Shown: positions 21,630 to 33,089 of the stretch, in pieces
Position numbering within the stretch: position 1 is the first letter of the stretch
How the letters are laid out: each line of letters starts with the position of its first letter
Notes under the pieces: model-generated
What the model was told of the DNA's origin: nothing
The model's input: only the letters and a program-made list of their open reading frames with translations
Database searches by the model: none
Position numbers and translations under genes: made by a program
Source of the DNA: Naegleria gruberi
Taxonomy: Eukaryota
Direction: 5' to 3' (one strand)
NCBI GenBank assembly: GCA_000004985.1
Contig: GG738864.1
Length of the DNA: 64,000 nucleotides

Positions 21630-22988
21630 ATGACAAGAGAAATCATTTCCATCTCCGTAGGTCAATGTGGTAACCAAATTGGCCAACAATTCTGGAGAAC
21701 CATCTCCCAAGAACATGGATTATCAATGGATGGTCATTCAACCAACACTGCTTCTCCACTCGAAAAGGAAAATCTCGGTGTTTACTTCTCCGAATCATCC
21801 GACAGATATGTCCCACGTGCTGTTTTAGTTGATTTGGAATCAGGTGTTTTGGATTCTGTTAAATCCTCATCCCAAGGTCAATTATTCCGTCCAGATAACT
21901 TTATCAATGCTGCCTCAGGTGCTGGTAACAATTGGGCTAAAGGTTTCTACACTGATGGTACTGAATTAATTGATGAAATTATTGATACTATTAGAAAGGA
22001 AAGTGAATCATGTGATAGTTTGCAAGGATTCCAATTAACCCACTCATTGGGTGGTGGTACTGGTTCTGGATTAGGTACCTTGTTAGTCTCCAAAATTAAG
22101 GAAGAATTCCCAGATAGAATGTTGGCTACCTTCTCAGTTTTTCCAAGTGCTAAAGTTTCTGATACCGTTGTTGAACCATACAATGCTACTTTGAGTATTC
22201 ATCAATTGATTGAAAATGCTGATCAAGTTTTCACTATTGATAATGAAGCTCTTTTTGATATTTGCACAAAGAGTTTGAAATTGGCAACTCCAAACTTTGA
22301 AGATTTGAATCAATTGATTGCTTCTGTCATGTCTGGTGTTACTTGTAGTTTGAGATTCCCAGGTCAATTGAACTCTGATTTGAGAAAATTGAGTGTTAAT
22401 TTGGTTCCATTCCCAAGATTGCACTTCTTTATGGTTTCAAATGCTCCAATTGTTGCTGAATATAACAAGCAATACCATAACTTGTCAATTGCTGAATTGA
22501 CTTCTCAAATGTTCTCCAGAAAGAATATGTTTGCTGCCTGTGATCCAACTTCAGGTAAATACTTGGCTGCTAGTGCCATTTTCAGAGGAGCCAACTTGTC
22601 AACCAGTGATATCGATCAACAAATGTTGAGTCTCCAAACCAAATCCAAAGATAATTTTGTTTCATGGATTCCAAACAATATCAAATCATCTGTTTGTGAT
22701 GTAGCTCCAAAGAATTTGCCAGTTTCTGGAACTTTCATTGGTAACACAACTGCCATTCAAGATGTTTTCAAGAGAATTGGAACTCAATTCCATCAAATGT
22801 ATAAGAAGAAGGCCTTCTTGCATTCTTATATTAATGAAGGAATGGACCAAATGGAATTCACTGAAGCTGAAGCTAATATGAATGATTTGATTAATGAATA
22901 TCAACAATATCAAGATGCTACCATTGAAGATGATGTTGATGGTGGTTTTGGAGGTAATGCTGATGATGAATTGCAACAACAAGAATAA
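21630..22988 (+). CDS. Beta-tubulin, divergent paralog (452 aa, intronless)
   Basis: [18 protein letters not shown]... with [67 protein letters not shown] and an acidic tail. It is clearly the beta type, but many otherwise near-invariant positions are substituted. Confidence 0.9.
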   Translation: MTREIISISVGQCGNQIGQQFWRTISQEHGLSMDGHSTNTASPLEKENLGVYFSESSDRYVPRAVLVDLESGVLDSVKSSSQGQLFRPDNFINAASGAGNNWAKGFYTDGTELIDEIIDTIRKESESCDSLQGFQLTHSLGGGTGSGLGTLLVSKIKEEFPDRMLATFSVFPSAKVSDTVVEPYNATLSIHQLIENADQVFTIDNEALFDICTKSLKLATPNFEDLNQLIASVMSGVTCSLRFPGQLNSDLRKLSVNLVPFPRLHFFMVSNAPIVAEYNKQYHNLSIAELTSQMFSRKNMFAACDPTSGKYLAASAIFRGANLSTSDIDQQMLSLQTKSKDNFVSWIPNNIKSSVCDVAPKNLPVSGTFIGNTTAIQDVFKRIGTQFHQMYKKKAFLHSYINEGMDQMEFTEAEANMNDLINEYQQYQDATIEDDVDGGFGGNADDELQQQE

Positions 22989-23312
22989 TTTTAAAAAGTT
23001 TTAATTTTCAAGAATAAGAAATTGTGTGTCTAGTAGTGTATTTTATGGAATATTCTATGGATTGTCTCGATAGAATTTGTAAATATGCTAATTCATGTAA
23101 TAAAAAGAGAATCTGCTAGGTTTTTAAAGTTTATTTGTCGAGTTTATTAGATGTGAAACTAAACTATTTGGCTTAACAGATTTTTTAATTATCTGGAGAC
23201 GAAAATGGATAAATACTAGAAAATACACATCCAAAATTGGTATTCTTCTTTCTTTGCCAAATCACAATCCACAAACACTTTCAAAAATTTAAAAAAACAA
23301 AATTCGAAACTA

Positions 23313-24576
23313 ATGTCCTCATCGTCAGTTAAGAAAATTTGCATTCTCAATGGCTCTGGTCGTTTGGGAAGACACATTATCCAATCACTCACCACCGTAA
23401 GAGAACATTCGGTTGGATCCGAAAGTGATTTCTCCAATTTGAGAATTGAAACTTATTGTAAGGAAGATCGAGTTGATTCATTGAAGAATGAAAGTTATGG
23501 ATCAAAGATTGATAAGATTATGATTGATAGAGTTGATAAGATGGATTTGAAAACAATGGTAAGTTTGTTAAGCCACTTTAGAATATACTTATAGTTTCGA
23601 ATAGACTCAAAAATTCTCTGGTTATGACATTTTAATCAATGCCACAGATTTTGAGAAGAATACTAATGAAGAAGAATTCGAAACCAATGTAATTGAAGCT
23701 TGTTTAAAGACCAATTCCATTCAACGTTACATTCCAGCTGATTTTACTTTGGATTATCGTAAATTCTCAGAAGGTGAAAATGAAAAGATGGATATTCGAA
23801 AGAGAATCCTTTCTCTATTGGAAAAGAATAAGGAAAAGTTGAGTTATACCTCAATTCTTAATGGTGTTTTCATGGAGAGACTTTTCGATCCATTCTACAA
23901 GTGGAAAATTCTCAATTTAGAAGAAAGAAAGGTAGAATTCTATTCGAATGATAAAAGTGAACCAATTTTGGACTTTTCATTGTATCCTCAAGTTGGTCAA
24001 CTATGCGCTCTCTCCACTACCTTACTCTATGACCAATCTGAGAATATTACCATTCCATTTGTGTCCGAATCCTTGTCCATGTCCGAGTTGGCCAAAATGC
24101 TTTCTCAAGATTTAGGACATGGCCAATGGAAAGTTGAAAAATTGGGCACCCTTAATGATTTGAAAGATGCCGTCAAGAAGAAACAAGAAAAGAGACAAGA
24201 GAAGGAGTTGGATAATTCCTATGCCTACGATTATTTACTTGCTATATTTAGTCAAAAAGGAAGAATTGATATTGACAAAAATGGAAAGGACTTTATTAAG
24301 GCAGCTCAAAAGATGATTGGTTCCATTGAGAAGAGTTATAGAGAGAGAAATGAAAATGTTGGTAAAAGTGTCTTGTTTGGAGCAAGTGTTGGTCTTTCCA
24401 AAGTTGCCACTACTGAAGCAAGTAAGAAGAAATTGGAAGAAAGTGGTGGAATCTTGCATCAAATGGTGAGTGATCAATTTGGAAGTAAGGATACCTCCAA
24501 ACTGGATTTGGAACAAATCTGCTCTCGTTTCGGTTGTGCATACACTCCAAAAGCCAACCCAGAAGCAACCAAATAA
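23313..24576 (+). CDS. NmrA-like / NAD(P)-binding Rossmann-fold protein. Exon 1 is 23313..23558 and exon 2 is 23605..24576.
   Basis: ATG at 23313. Gly-rich KICILNGSGRLG (GxGxxG). GTAAGT donor at 23559, 46-bp intron ending TTCGAATAG (23604). Exon 2 is in frame (TQKFSGYDILINATDFEKNTNEEEFETNVIEACLKTNSIQRYIPADF...), which is typical of NmrA/isoflavone-reductase-like proteins. Confidence 0.6.
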
Positions 24577-24626
24577 TTATTATTCGAATAAAATAAACTA
24601 TTGTGTGTGAACAATTCTCCAATTTA

Positions 24627-26092
24627 TTAAAAAAACAAGGTAGGATGTGAACACTTCAACTGTTTCCTAGAAATGTTATACTCCAACTCAATCACCAACA
24701 TGGCTCCAAACAGTAAAACCTGATCTGTGGCCTCACAAATTGGCGGGAAATCAATCACCATGTTTTTCAGTGGTGCACAAATTTCATTTTGGAAACCAGA
24801 TGCTTGCTTGATGATTTGACCAGTTTTTTGGGAGATTCTTGTAGATTGGTAAGTTGGGGTAGGGCCTATGGAAACTACGAGTTTTGAAGTCACATCTTGG
24901 ATGTTGAAGAGACGATTGGTTTTGGTGTTGGGGTTTCGAATAATGAATCGTAATTCATTCTTGTGATTGACAATGTTAATGTGCATATGCTTGTTACTGA
25001 GGGTGATTTTGGGCCTAATTTCACCAATGATATTGTTGTTGGAATCTCTGACAAGGTAGGAAGATCCCTTGAAACCCTCCATTCGAAACAGGAGTTTATC
25101 CTCTAAAAGAATATCTGAATTATTTTCACCACTGATAGATTTTTCAACTTGTAACATGTCACTTCTTTCTATTTCTCTTTGCTTTTGTAAATCTGTTAAT
25201 ATTTGATTGAGAATTTCAATTTCCATTAATTTTGTCATTTCAATAAGAACATCTATTCTAATCTTTGAAGAATATCCCAAGTTTTCAATAATCTTCATTG
25301 AATTAATTTCCACATTTGAAGAATGTGCACTTCCACCTTTTCCACTTCTCAACTTGGATTTGAAATTCAACATTCGATGTCGCATCACTTTCAGATAATC
25401 AAATTCTGTTCGATTCTTTAGAAAATGTTCCTCAACCCACTCATCCAGACCTTCCAACTCATCCCTCTCTGTAAATGTTCCCTCACTTTCTTCGAAATTT
25501 TGATCAGAAGGATAATGTGGAATGTTTGGCTCCATTTCTTCAACTTTTCCAATTTCTCTTCTTTTAATGGTAACGTAATGATCAGAGAAAAATTGAGTGT
25601 GTTTTCCAAGAGAGGCAGTCAGAGCACTCCCAGAGAGGGCATACTTGTTGGGATGAAAAATTGGACTATCAGAAACGTCTATCATACGAACAGTTACCAA
25701 TCTGTCTTCTTTCTTTTTCTTTTTTGGTTGAAAAGTTTGTGGAGAATGGTCAACTTGTCTCTTACGTTGTAAAACATTGTAAATGACGTGCCCTGTGAGT
25801 CCTCGATTGGAACGAAATTTATAAAATAGAAAGGGAGTACTCTTGTGGGAGTCATAATTCTTATCATTTTCTGGATTATTGGTGAGGAATTCGTATCCAA
25901 CTGATTGAATCATTTCGGGAAGTAATAGTATTGAATGTTGTTCTTTACAATTTTTTCAATAGTTAATAGATTAGGAAACTTACTTTCGACAAATTCAGTT
26001 TCCACATGATCATCTGTATGAAAGTGAGGTAAATGAGAAGGAGAAAAGACATGATTCAATGCATAAACATTCGTCAGGTTTAGTACTTGCAT
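24627..26092 (-). CDS. Phospholipid scramblase (PLSCR)-like protein with a long charged N-terminal extension. Exon 1 is 26092..25984 and exon 2 is 25900..24627.
   Basis: The C-terminal region ...KQASGFQNEICAPLKNMVIDFPPICEATDQVLLFGAMLVIELEYN aligns with the scramblase C-terminal segment ([46 protein letters not shown]). Upstream beta-strand-rich sequence fits the tubby/scramblase fold. First ATG at 26092 (MQVLN...). Phase-1 GTAAGT donor at 25983. An 83-bp intron ends TCAATCAG (25901). Confidence 0.55.
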
Positions 26093-26289
26093 TTTTTTAT
26101 GTGTTTTTTTGATCAAAAAAGTAATCTTTCCAATTCATTCCATCATTGAATTCTATCATTGAACTTTTAATACAATTCAACACTATTTAGTAATACTATT
26201 TTGTAAACTATTAAACTCCGAAAAAATCTGGCGCCAAAATTCCTTATCAAGAAGACAATCCACAATTTAATTGGACCACTTTAAAAAAA

Positions 26290-27662
26290 ATGGCTAGTTT
26301 ACGAACTGCTAATGGATCTTTCATGTTTGTTGCAGCAGCATTCTTGATTTTCGTAATCATGATGATCACAATGATGGAAAATATTGTTGCAATTTCCATC
26401 CTTCCGAATAATGATGAACTGAAAGTTTTTCATTCCGAATTTGCCAAATATTTGCAAATTATTAATGAGGTAAATAGAGATTATCGTGATGGTGCTTCTA
26501 CTTGGATGGCTGCTCCTAATGATGTAATGAGAAATCCAGAGCGAATTCAATTTTTAGGCTTGAAGAATATGAAACAATTGGAGGAGTTTGAGATGAAGGT
26601 CAATGGAGGGGAATTATCGCAATTTATGAAGGAACACTTGATCTTGTTGAGAACATTGATTAAGAGAGGTGCTATGGAACCACCTAAGAGTGTGAGTGGA
26701 AAATCTATTTTGAAGAGAAACTATATGAATATTGCTGAATTTGACAGTAGACAAAAGTGGCCAAATTGCGTTCATGTAAGTTTAGTTTGATAAATAATTG
26801 AAACATAATCTGAATGATAGCCAATCAGAGACCAGGGCAATTGTGGTAGTTGCTATAGCTTTGCAAGTTCAGAAGTAATGAGTGATAGATTTTGTATATT
26901 TTCAAATGGTTCTGTCAATGTCGTCTTGTCACCTCAAGATTTAGTGACCTGTTCTTGGTATTCGTAAGTTTCTTGTTTTTAGAGTAAAGTTAAATTTCGA
27001 TCATTCAAGATTTGGATGTAATGGAGGTATTCCAGGTTTAGTTTTTGATTATATTCACAAGGATGGTTTAGTGTCTGATGCTTGTTTCCCATACTTGTCC
27101 TATGATGGTAATACCCATGTTAAGTGTCCTGATTTCTGCTATAACAACAAAACCAAGTCATTCAAGAGTGATAAGCATTTTGCTGATAAGGTTTATCATG
27201 TTGGTGAATTTTTGGAAGATAAAGCAAAACGTGTTTTGGAAATTCAAAAAGAAATCTTGACCCATGGACCAGTGAATGCTGATTTTATGGTCTATTCTGA
27301 TTTTACAGTGTACAAGAGTGGAGTTTACAGACATCAAACTGGATCTTTTGAAGGAATTCATGCTGTTAAAATTATTGGAGTAAGTTGTAATATTCAGTGC
27401 TCTAGATATTAATGGATTACTAAAATTATTTAAATTTGAAATAGTGGGGAACTGAGAATGGAGTTGATTATTGGTTGATTGCCAATTCGTGGGGAACAAC
27501 ATTTGGTTTGCAAGGATTTTTCAAAATTGTTAGAGGAGGTAAGTTTATACATCTTGAAGAGAAAAGTAGTAATTAATAATTAAAATACCTTTGATTTTCT
27601 ATGTTATAGTGGACGAATGTGGTATTGAATTGTCTGTATATGCTGGTATTCCAAAACTTTAA
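26290..27662 (+). CDS. Cathepsin B-like papain-family cysteine protease. Five exons: 26290..26775, 26821..26963, 27010..27379, 27445..27538 and 27610..27662.
   Basis: N-terminal signal/anchor and propeptide. Catalytic Cys context [12 protein letters not shown]. The sequence continues [45 protein letters not shown], and carries the His/Asn region. Introns are 45, 46, 65 and 71 bp, each with a GTAAGT donor and an ATAG/CAAG acceptor. An alternative acceptor at 26980 for intron 2 would add 10 aa in frame. Confidence 0.8.
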
Positions 27663-27704
27663 ATTGTTAATATTCAACAAAAATTAAATTAAAAATTTAA
27701 AAAA

Positions 27705-27896
27705 ATGGAAAAAGTGGATTCTTGCTCGTCGTTTCCGCTTCTTATTTCGCAAAGAGGTTCAAGGATTAACATGTTTAATTGGACACCAGAAGGTAATTTT
27801 ATAATTCTACAAAATAGGTAAATGAACAAATCAGAAGGCATTATCAAAAAAATTGACGAGATGCAAGATTTGATGGATAAAGAGGTTGTAATGTAA
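27705..27896 (+). CDS. Candidate small spliced ORF (49 aa). Exon 1 is 27705..27792, exon 2 is 27835..27896. Tentative.
   Basis: ATG at 27705. Phase-1 GTAATT donor at 27793. A 42-bp intron ends AATCAG. Exon 2 is in frame to TAA (MEKVDSCSSFPLLISQRGSRINMFNWTPEEGIIKKIDEMQDLMDKEVVM). No family recognised, so this could be chance. Confidence 0.2.
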
Positions 27897-28090
27897 ATTT
27901 TTAATTTCGCAATACATTACAAACACCAAGAGGCATTAAAATATAATAGTGCCATACGCTATTCGTCAGCTCCATGTTAAGATATCAGATACTCATATCT
28001 GTTATCTAGATGCTGTGTCATGGCAACAATCCTCCAATATTAGCAGATTTTTCAAGAGTCAATTAGTTCATTAATCATTAAAAAAACAAA

Positions 28091-31000
28091 ATGACTTCAC
28101 GAGTGTATCCTCAAACACAAAACACAACAAGAGCTGCTACAGGAAGTGTAGTGCTTAACGACGCTGAAAGTTCCTCTCAATTTGGTGCAGGAACTTCTGC
28201 CACTTCAAGCACATATGCTTCTTCATTGGGTGGGAAAAGTGTTGTAAACAATGCTGGAATAAGTATATTCTCATTGATAACAACTCTCAGACCTAAAGAT
28301 ACACTAGTTGGTAACGAGAATACTTACATGTTGCTTGGAATGGTATTCTATCACATTTACTTGATATACAACTCTGTAATACTCTCATCAATTTCAACAC
28401 CAATGATTAGAGATGGCGATTCTACATTGTGGGGAGTTATACCTGGTTGGATATGGAGAGCTTTGTATTTTCCAATTAATTTGGCATCTGAATTCTATCC
28501 ATACTTTTTAATTATTGCACTATCAATACTATTTGTAGTTATACAAGTATGTACTTGTTTTGGAATTTATTATTGCAAGTGGGCTGCAAGAAAGGGAGGA
28601 AAATTGTTTGAAAAGATCAAGACATTTCTATTGAATTCTTTGATATTCCAAAGAACTTTCACTTTATTCATCTTGTCCATTCATGCAATTTTGTTATCTC
28701 CAAACACCAAGAATGGTACTTTATATTACTTTCCAAGTCAATCTTTCAGCTCAGTGATACAAATAGTTTGTGCAGTAATAGGATGTGTTGGAATATTGTT
28801 GAATATAGGTTTGACGGCCATTGCAACACTATTAACTGGCGAAACAAGCCCTCAGTTGGGTCGAAGAATTTGGTTTTCATTGTACTCTATTTCACCATTT
28901 ATGTTCTTTGATTTTGTTAATCAACTAAGTTTAATTTCAACTATTATTTGTGCAGAACCCTATACTTATATTGCTTCTATTATGAAAGTTGTAATGAATT
29001 TATTACTACTAGTAGTAACCGTGAAATCCTTGCCATTCTTTAGAAAATGGGAGAATTGCTTCTATTTAGCATTGATTAGTTTGAAAGTTTTTACTCCAAT
29101 ACCACCATTAATTTTGCCATTTCTTTCTTCTAATCAATTAAATCAACAAGAGATTGGTGGTATCGTGACAGGTGTTACTTTTGCAACTGCTGTCATTTCT
29201 TTTGTATCTGGATTCATTATTTCTTACATTTGGTTAGCATTTAAAATGAAATCAATCAGAAACATACTATCCAATAAGGAAGACAGCTCAGCAACATTGC
29301 TTCTTCTTGAGAAATCAAAAAAGAAACAAGAGAACCTTTCACTATTCATAAGATTTGCAAACAATAGTTCTCCAGCAATGAAATCGAGGGAAGGAAGTGA
29401 TTTTGACTTGGCCAAACATGCTGTCAACACACTTGTCAAACCAATTGAAAATGTTGAACTATTAATTATCAGTTCCTTATTTGTTTCTTTTGGTGGAATT
29501 CTAGATTATGATTATTCCCAATCATTTAGTATTGGATTGGCTCTATTACAAAAAGCTCAACGAATTTCACCTTCGCTATCTCAGATGTTCAATATCATGT
29601 TAAGAAATGAAGAAGTTGAGTTTCATGCCTTTCATGGAAATAATCTTGAAGTTTTGAGAAAACTTGTAATGGTTGAAAAGAAAGTGAAATCATTGTCTAG
29701 ATGTCACAAGTCATTCTTTAAAGAATTATTGAATGACAAACCATCTATTGGTAAATTAGAACATATTAATAGTACCATTTGTTCGATTTATAATGAATGT
29801 GATACAATTTATGATAATTTACTAGTTTCTAATAGATCCAACAAGACACTACTCAGATCATATGCCTCCTATTTGGAAAAATACAAGTGGGAAATCAATT
29901 TAGCAAAACAATTATTTGAAGAAGCCCAAGACAATGATGAAGATAAGAATAAGCAACAGTTTAAGGCACCAGAATCTTCGTTCCATAAAGGAAACACATC
30001 TAGATTTAGTATAGATTCACAAAGAGCTAATATGGATGGTTGGGATTCTGTCAGTGTTGCTGGTGCAGACGAAAACGATGAAGATAGAAAAGATCATGTT
30101 TTGAGAATGGCAATCAACTCTCCCATGTCAACTGTTGCTTATTCCACATTATTTTTCCTTTTCTGTACCCTCTCTGTACTAACTATTTGTATCGTAGCAC
30201 CAGTTTCACTTGTATTTACTCAGAGTATCAATGAGAGAATGACAATGCAAGAGCAGGTTTGCTTAATGACCTCAGTTCCATACAAATTATTAACTCAGGT
30301 TCTAGCGCTTCAAGCAGAATATAGTTTGAGAGGAAATAATACTGAGAAATTACTTAATTCTACCATTGATTATACCAATAACTTGTTGGATACTGTAAAA
30401 ACAGTAGTAACAGCAGGAGACAATAACATGTTAATGCCAGAAGTTGCAAGAGAATATTTGAAAAATCAATATGAACTTAAACTTCCAATTACTAATGATT
30501 CATTAATTGGAAATGAAATACCAGGATATACAATCACTAATACCTCTATTCAATTCTACTTATCTTCCGTGTACACCCATGGAAAGACCTTGCTACAAGA
30601 ATTTAATGATATGGACCAACTGGTTTCGAATACCGATGAGAATTATGCTTTGTTATTTATATTCTACAATAGAATTCCAATGACTCAAGCTTTCAATAGT
30701 TTGTGTTCTAAATTTGTAGAAGAAAGTGTAGCTTCAATTGAAACGAATTTCGAACAATTGTGGATAGTTACAGTTTCTGTTCTTGTTACTTATTTGAGTA
30801 TTTCACTAATTTTCTTTGCAGTAATATTCACACACTCTAGAAGACTTGTTGTTGAGCTTAAAGAAATATTCAGAAGAATAACAAAAGATGAAATAGGAAA
30901 AGTTTATCACAGTTTTGAAAAGAAAATAGACGATTCTATTAGCTCTTCAAATAACCTTTTGAAAATGAGCAATATCCTAATGTTTGGAAGTTTCCTCTTT

Positions 31001-32923
31001 GTAATCGTCATTTGTTTATGTTCCCTACTAGTTGTAGTCGAGCTCAACAGCAATACCAAACAAAGTGCTCGAACCATGAATGTTGTTGGTTCTATTAATG
31101 CAGTTTCGCTTAGAACTTCAAGAACCAACTTTAGATTAATCTGGTTTATTGAAAGGATAAAGTATCTAACAATGGATCCTTTATCTGTTAACCAGGAAAA
31201 TAAGCAAGACTTGCTTGATTTGAGAACATATTGGAATTATGTTGTGGTGGGTGATGAATCAACTTCTTACACCTCTGCCGTGTTTGGAAAATATGAAGAT
31301 GTCGATTATCTATTATCCGATCTTTGTAATGATACTGTTTCAATGGCTGATCCTTGTCATAGTTTAACTGTTGCATTGACTGATTACATTACAAAAGCTC
31401 TAGATTATAATGAAGTATTCTATTACCAAAAAAAGAGTAAGACGTTTATTCAAAATGCATATTTTGCAAAAGTATTCTATGTCACACAGACAGTTACTTA
31501 CAATTTACAAACTTTAATCTCTGCTCTTGTAACTCATGAAAAGGTTTCAAATATTGGGTTAACAGCTAGTATGATTGGTTTGTGTTTCGTTTCTACAATT
31601 TTATATGCTGCCATTTGTTATTCATCCTTGAATAGGTATTGGAAGGAAAGAGCTTGTTTGAGAATGATGTTGAATTATATCAATATAGATCTAATTGAAA
31701 GTAATTTGATATTGAGAGAGTATGTCATGTCAAATGTTGTTCCTTCAAAGATTTCCTCTAAAATAGTGCCATCCTTTGAAACTGAGCAAGAAAAGGATGA
31801 CAAGATTGAAATGGTAAAGACAGTATTGAATGGAGGTGTTGATTCTGCAATTATTTGTGATAAGGATGGAAATATTACAATTTTCAATAATTCTGCTGAG
31901 GAAATGTTCGGCTATTCCAGATCACAAGTTTTAGGGTTACCAATTCAAACCCTATTTACCTCTGAATATTCTGAGAGACTCATGAAATTGATTTCAACTG
32001 GTGAATTACAGGATTCATTCGAGGCAATGGCTCAGAGACGAAACAAGACTAATTTCTCTTCAAAAGTTTCAGTTTCCGTTTCAGTGCATGGCAAGAAACA
32101 AATTTTTATTGTCTTTGTTCGTGATATTTCACCAGAAAAGAAACATAGCTTGCTAATTGCTGAGGAAAAGAAGAAGAGTGAAGATTTATTATTGAATATT
32201 TTGCCCGTGTCAATGGCATCAAAATTGAAGAACGGCGAAGAGAATTTATATGAGAAAGTGAATGATATTACTGTTTTCTTTAGTGATATGGTTGGGTTTA
32301 CTGCATGGAGTTCGAAATTGCAACCTAGTGAACTCGTTCAAATCCTGAACTCTATTGTTCATGGATTTGACAAGTTGACTGAAATTCACTTTATCGACAA
32401 GATTAAAACTATTGGAGATGCTTATTTTTGTGTAAGTGGATTACACTCCTGTAAATCATCCGATCATCCAGAAAGAATGTTAAAATTTGCCATTGAAATC
32501 ATGTCCTTTTTAAAGAGTATCAACACATCAAGTCAAACATTAATTAATTTGAGAATTGGTATTCACACAGGTGATGCTGTTGGCGGAGTTATTGGGTTTA
32601 AAAAGTTTGCCTACGATCTGTGGGGAGATACCATCAACACTGCCTCTCGTATGGAATCAACATCACTTCCAGGGAGAATTCAAATTTCCAGATCTAGCTA
32701 TGGAAGAGTTTATGACCTATTCGAATTTGAAGAAAGATTAATTGAGGTGAAAGGAAAAGGACAATGTCAAACCTATCTACTAAAAGATAAACACCATGAG
32801 AATCCAATATCCATGGATCCTGAGATGTTACACGTGGAAGATAATGATCAATTGGAAGTTTCACAAGGACCATTTTGTTCCAGTGATAAAGAGAGCCAGC
32901 AACAAGAGGAATTAAAACAGTAA
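28091..32923 (+). CDS. Polytopic membrane PAS-domain class III nucleotidyl cyclase, adenylyl-cyclase type (1610 aa, intronless)
   Basis: ATG at 28091. The N-terminal block has about 8-10 TM helices (28300-29250). A large loop region is bracketed by further TM helices (about 30130, 30770, 30970 and 31560). A PAS fold lies at about 31800-32145 (VLNGGVDSAIICDKDGNITIFNNSAEEMFGYS...). One class-III cyclase catalytic domain lies at about 32240-32790. It carries both metal-binding Asp residues (FFSDMVGF, IGDAYF), Lys and Asp at the substrate-specifying positions (KIKTIGDAY, FAYDLWG), and the transition-state Asn/Arg (TINTASRME). Confidence 0.8.
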   Translation: MTSRVYPQTQNTTRAATGSVVLNDAESSSQFGAGTSATSSTYASSLGGKSVVNNAGISIFSLITTLRPKDTLVGNENTYMLLGMVFYHIYLIYNSVILSSISTPMIRDGDSTLWGVIPGWIWRALYFPINLASEFYPYFLIIALSILFVVIQVCTCFGIYYCKWAARKGGKLFEKIKTFLLNSLIFQRTFTLFILSIHAILLSPNTKNGTLYYFPSQSFSSVIQIVCAVIGCVGILLNIGLTAIATLLTGETSPQLGRRIWFSLYSISPFMFFDFVNQLSLISTIICAEPYTYIASIMKVVMNLLLLVVTVKSLPFFRKWENCFYLALISLKVFTPIPPLILPFLSSNQLNQQEIGGIVTGVTFATAVISFVSGFIISYIWLAFKMKSIRNILSNKEDSSATLLLLEKSKKKQENLSLFIRFANNSSPAMKSREGSDFDLAKHAVNTLVKPIENVELLIISSLFVSFGGILDYDYSQSFSIGLALLQKAQRISPSLSQMFNIMLRNEEVEFHAFHGNNLEVLRKLVMVEKKVKSLSRCHKSFFKELLNDKPSIGKLEHINSTICSIYNECDTIYDNLLVSNRSNKTLLRSYASYLEKYKWEINLAKQLFEEAQDNDEDKNKQQFKAPESSFHKGNTSRFSIDSQRANMDGWDSVSVAGADENDEDRKDHVLRMAINSPMSTVAYSTLFFLFCTLSVLTICIVAPVSLVFTQSINERMTMQEQVCLMTSVPYKLLTQVLALQAEYSLRGNNTEKLLNSTIDYTNNLLDTVKTVVTAGDNNMLMPEVAREYLKNQYELKLPITNDSLIGNEIPGYTITNTSIQFYLSSVYTHGKTLLQEFNDMDQLVSNTDENYALLFIFYNRIPMTQAFNSLCSKFVEESVASIETNFEQLWIVTVSVLVTYLSISLIFFAVIFTHSRRLVVELKEIFRRITKDEIGKVYHSFEKKIDDSISSSNNLLKMSNILMFGSFLFVIVICLCSLLVVVELNSNTKQSARTMNVVGSINAVSLRTSRTNFRLIWFIERIKYLTMDPLSVNQENKQDLLDLRTYWNYVVVGDESTSYTSAVFGKYEDVDYLLSDLCNDTVSMADPCHSLTVALTDYITKALDYNEVFYYQKKSKTFIQNAYFAKVFYVTQTVTYNLQTLISALVTHEKVSNIGLTASMIGLCFVSTILYAAICYSSLNRYWKERACLRMMLNYINIDLIESNLILREYVMSNVVPSKISSKIVPSFETEQEKDDKIEMVKTVLNGGVDSAIICDKDGNITIFNNSAEEMFGYSRSQVLGLPIQTLFTSEYSERLMKLISTGELQDSFEAMAQRRNKTNFSSKVSVSVSVHGKKQIFIVFVRDISPEKKHSLLIAEEKKKSEDLLLNILPVSMASKLKNGEENLYEKVNDITVFFSDMVGFTAWSSKLQPSELVQILNSIVHGFDKLTEIHFIDKIKTIGDAYFCVSGLHSCKSSDHPERMLKFAIEIMSFLKSINTSSQTLINLRIGIHTGDAVGGVIGFKKFAYDLWGDTINTASRMESTSLPGRIQISRSSYGRVYDLFEFEERLIEVKGKGQCQTYLLKDKHHENPISMDPEMLHVEDNDQLEVSQGPFCSSDKESQQQEELKQ

Positions 32924-33089
32924 CTTGATTTTCTTTAACATTGATTCTTCTTCTTAAAGCCATGAATTGATAGATTCAATTCTTCTAAAATAGTTATTTC
33001 TGTCTATCACATGGAATTTGAAAACCAGACTAAAGAAATCAAGCAGAATAAGCTCAACTCCTGTACAATAGTTTATTAAAAGTGTTGTC

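Noticed and set aside
26980-27009. Alternative acceptor for cathepsin intron 2 at 26980 (TTTTAG) adding [10 protein letters not shown] in frame
   Set aside because: Both are phase-compatible. The shorter form gives spacing between the conserved Cys and the GCNGG motif closer to cathepsin B. Kept as the minority alternative.
28300-29250. Idea that the N-terminal TM block of the cyclase is a rhodopsin (light-gated cyclase as in Blastocladiella)
   Set aside because: The block has more than seven helices. I see no retinal-binding Lys context in a seventh helix, and a PAS domain, not a coiled-coil linker, precedes the cyclase domain. Not supportable from sequence inspection alone.
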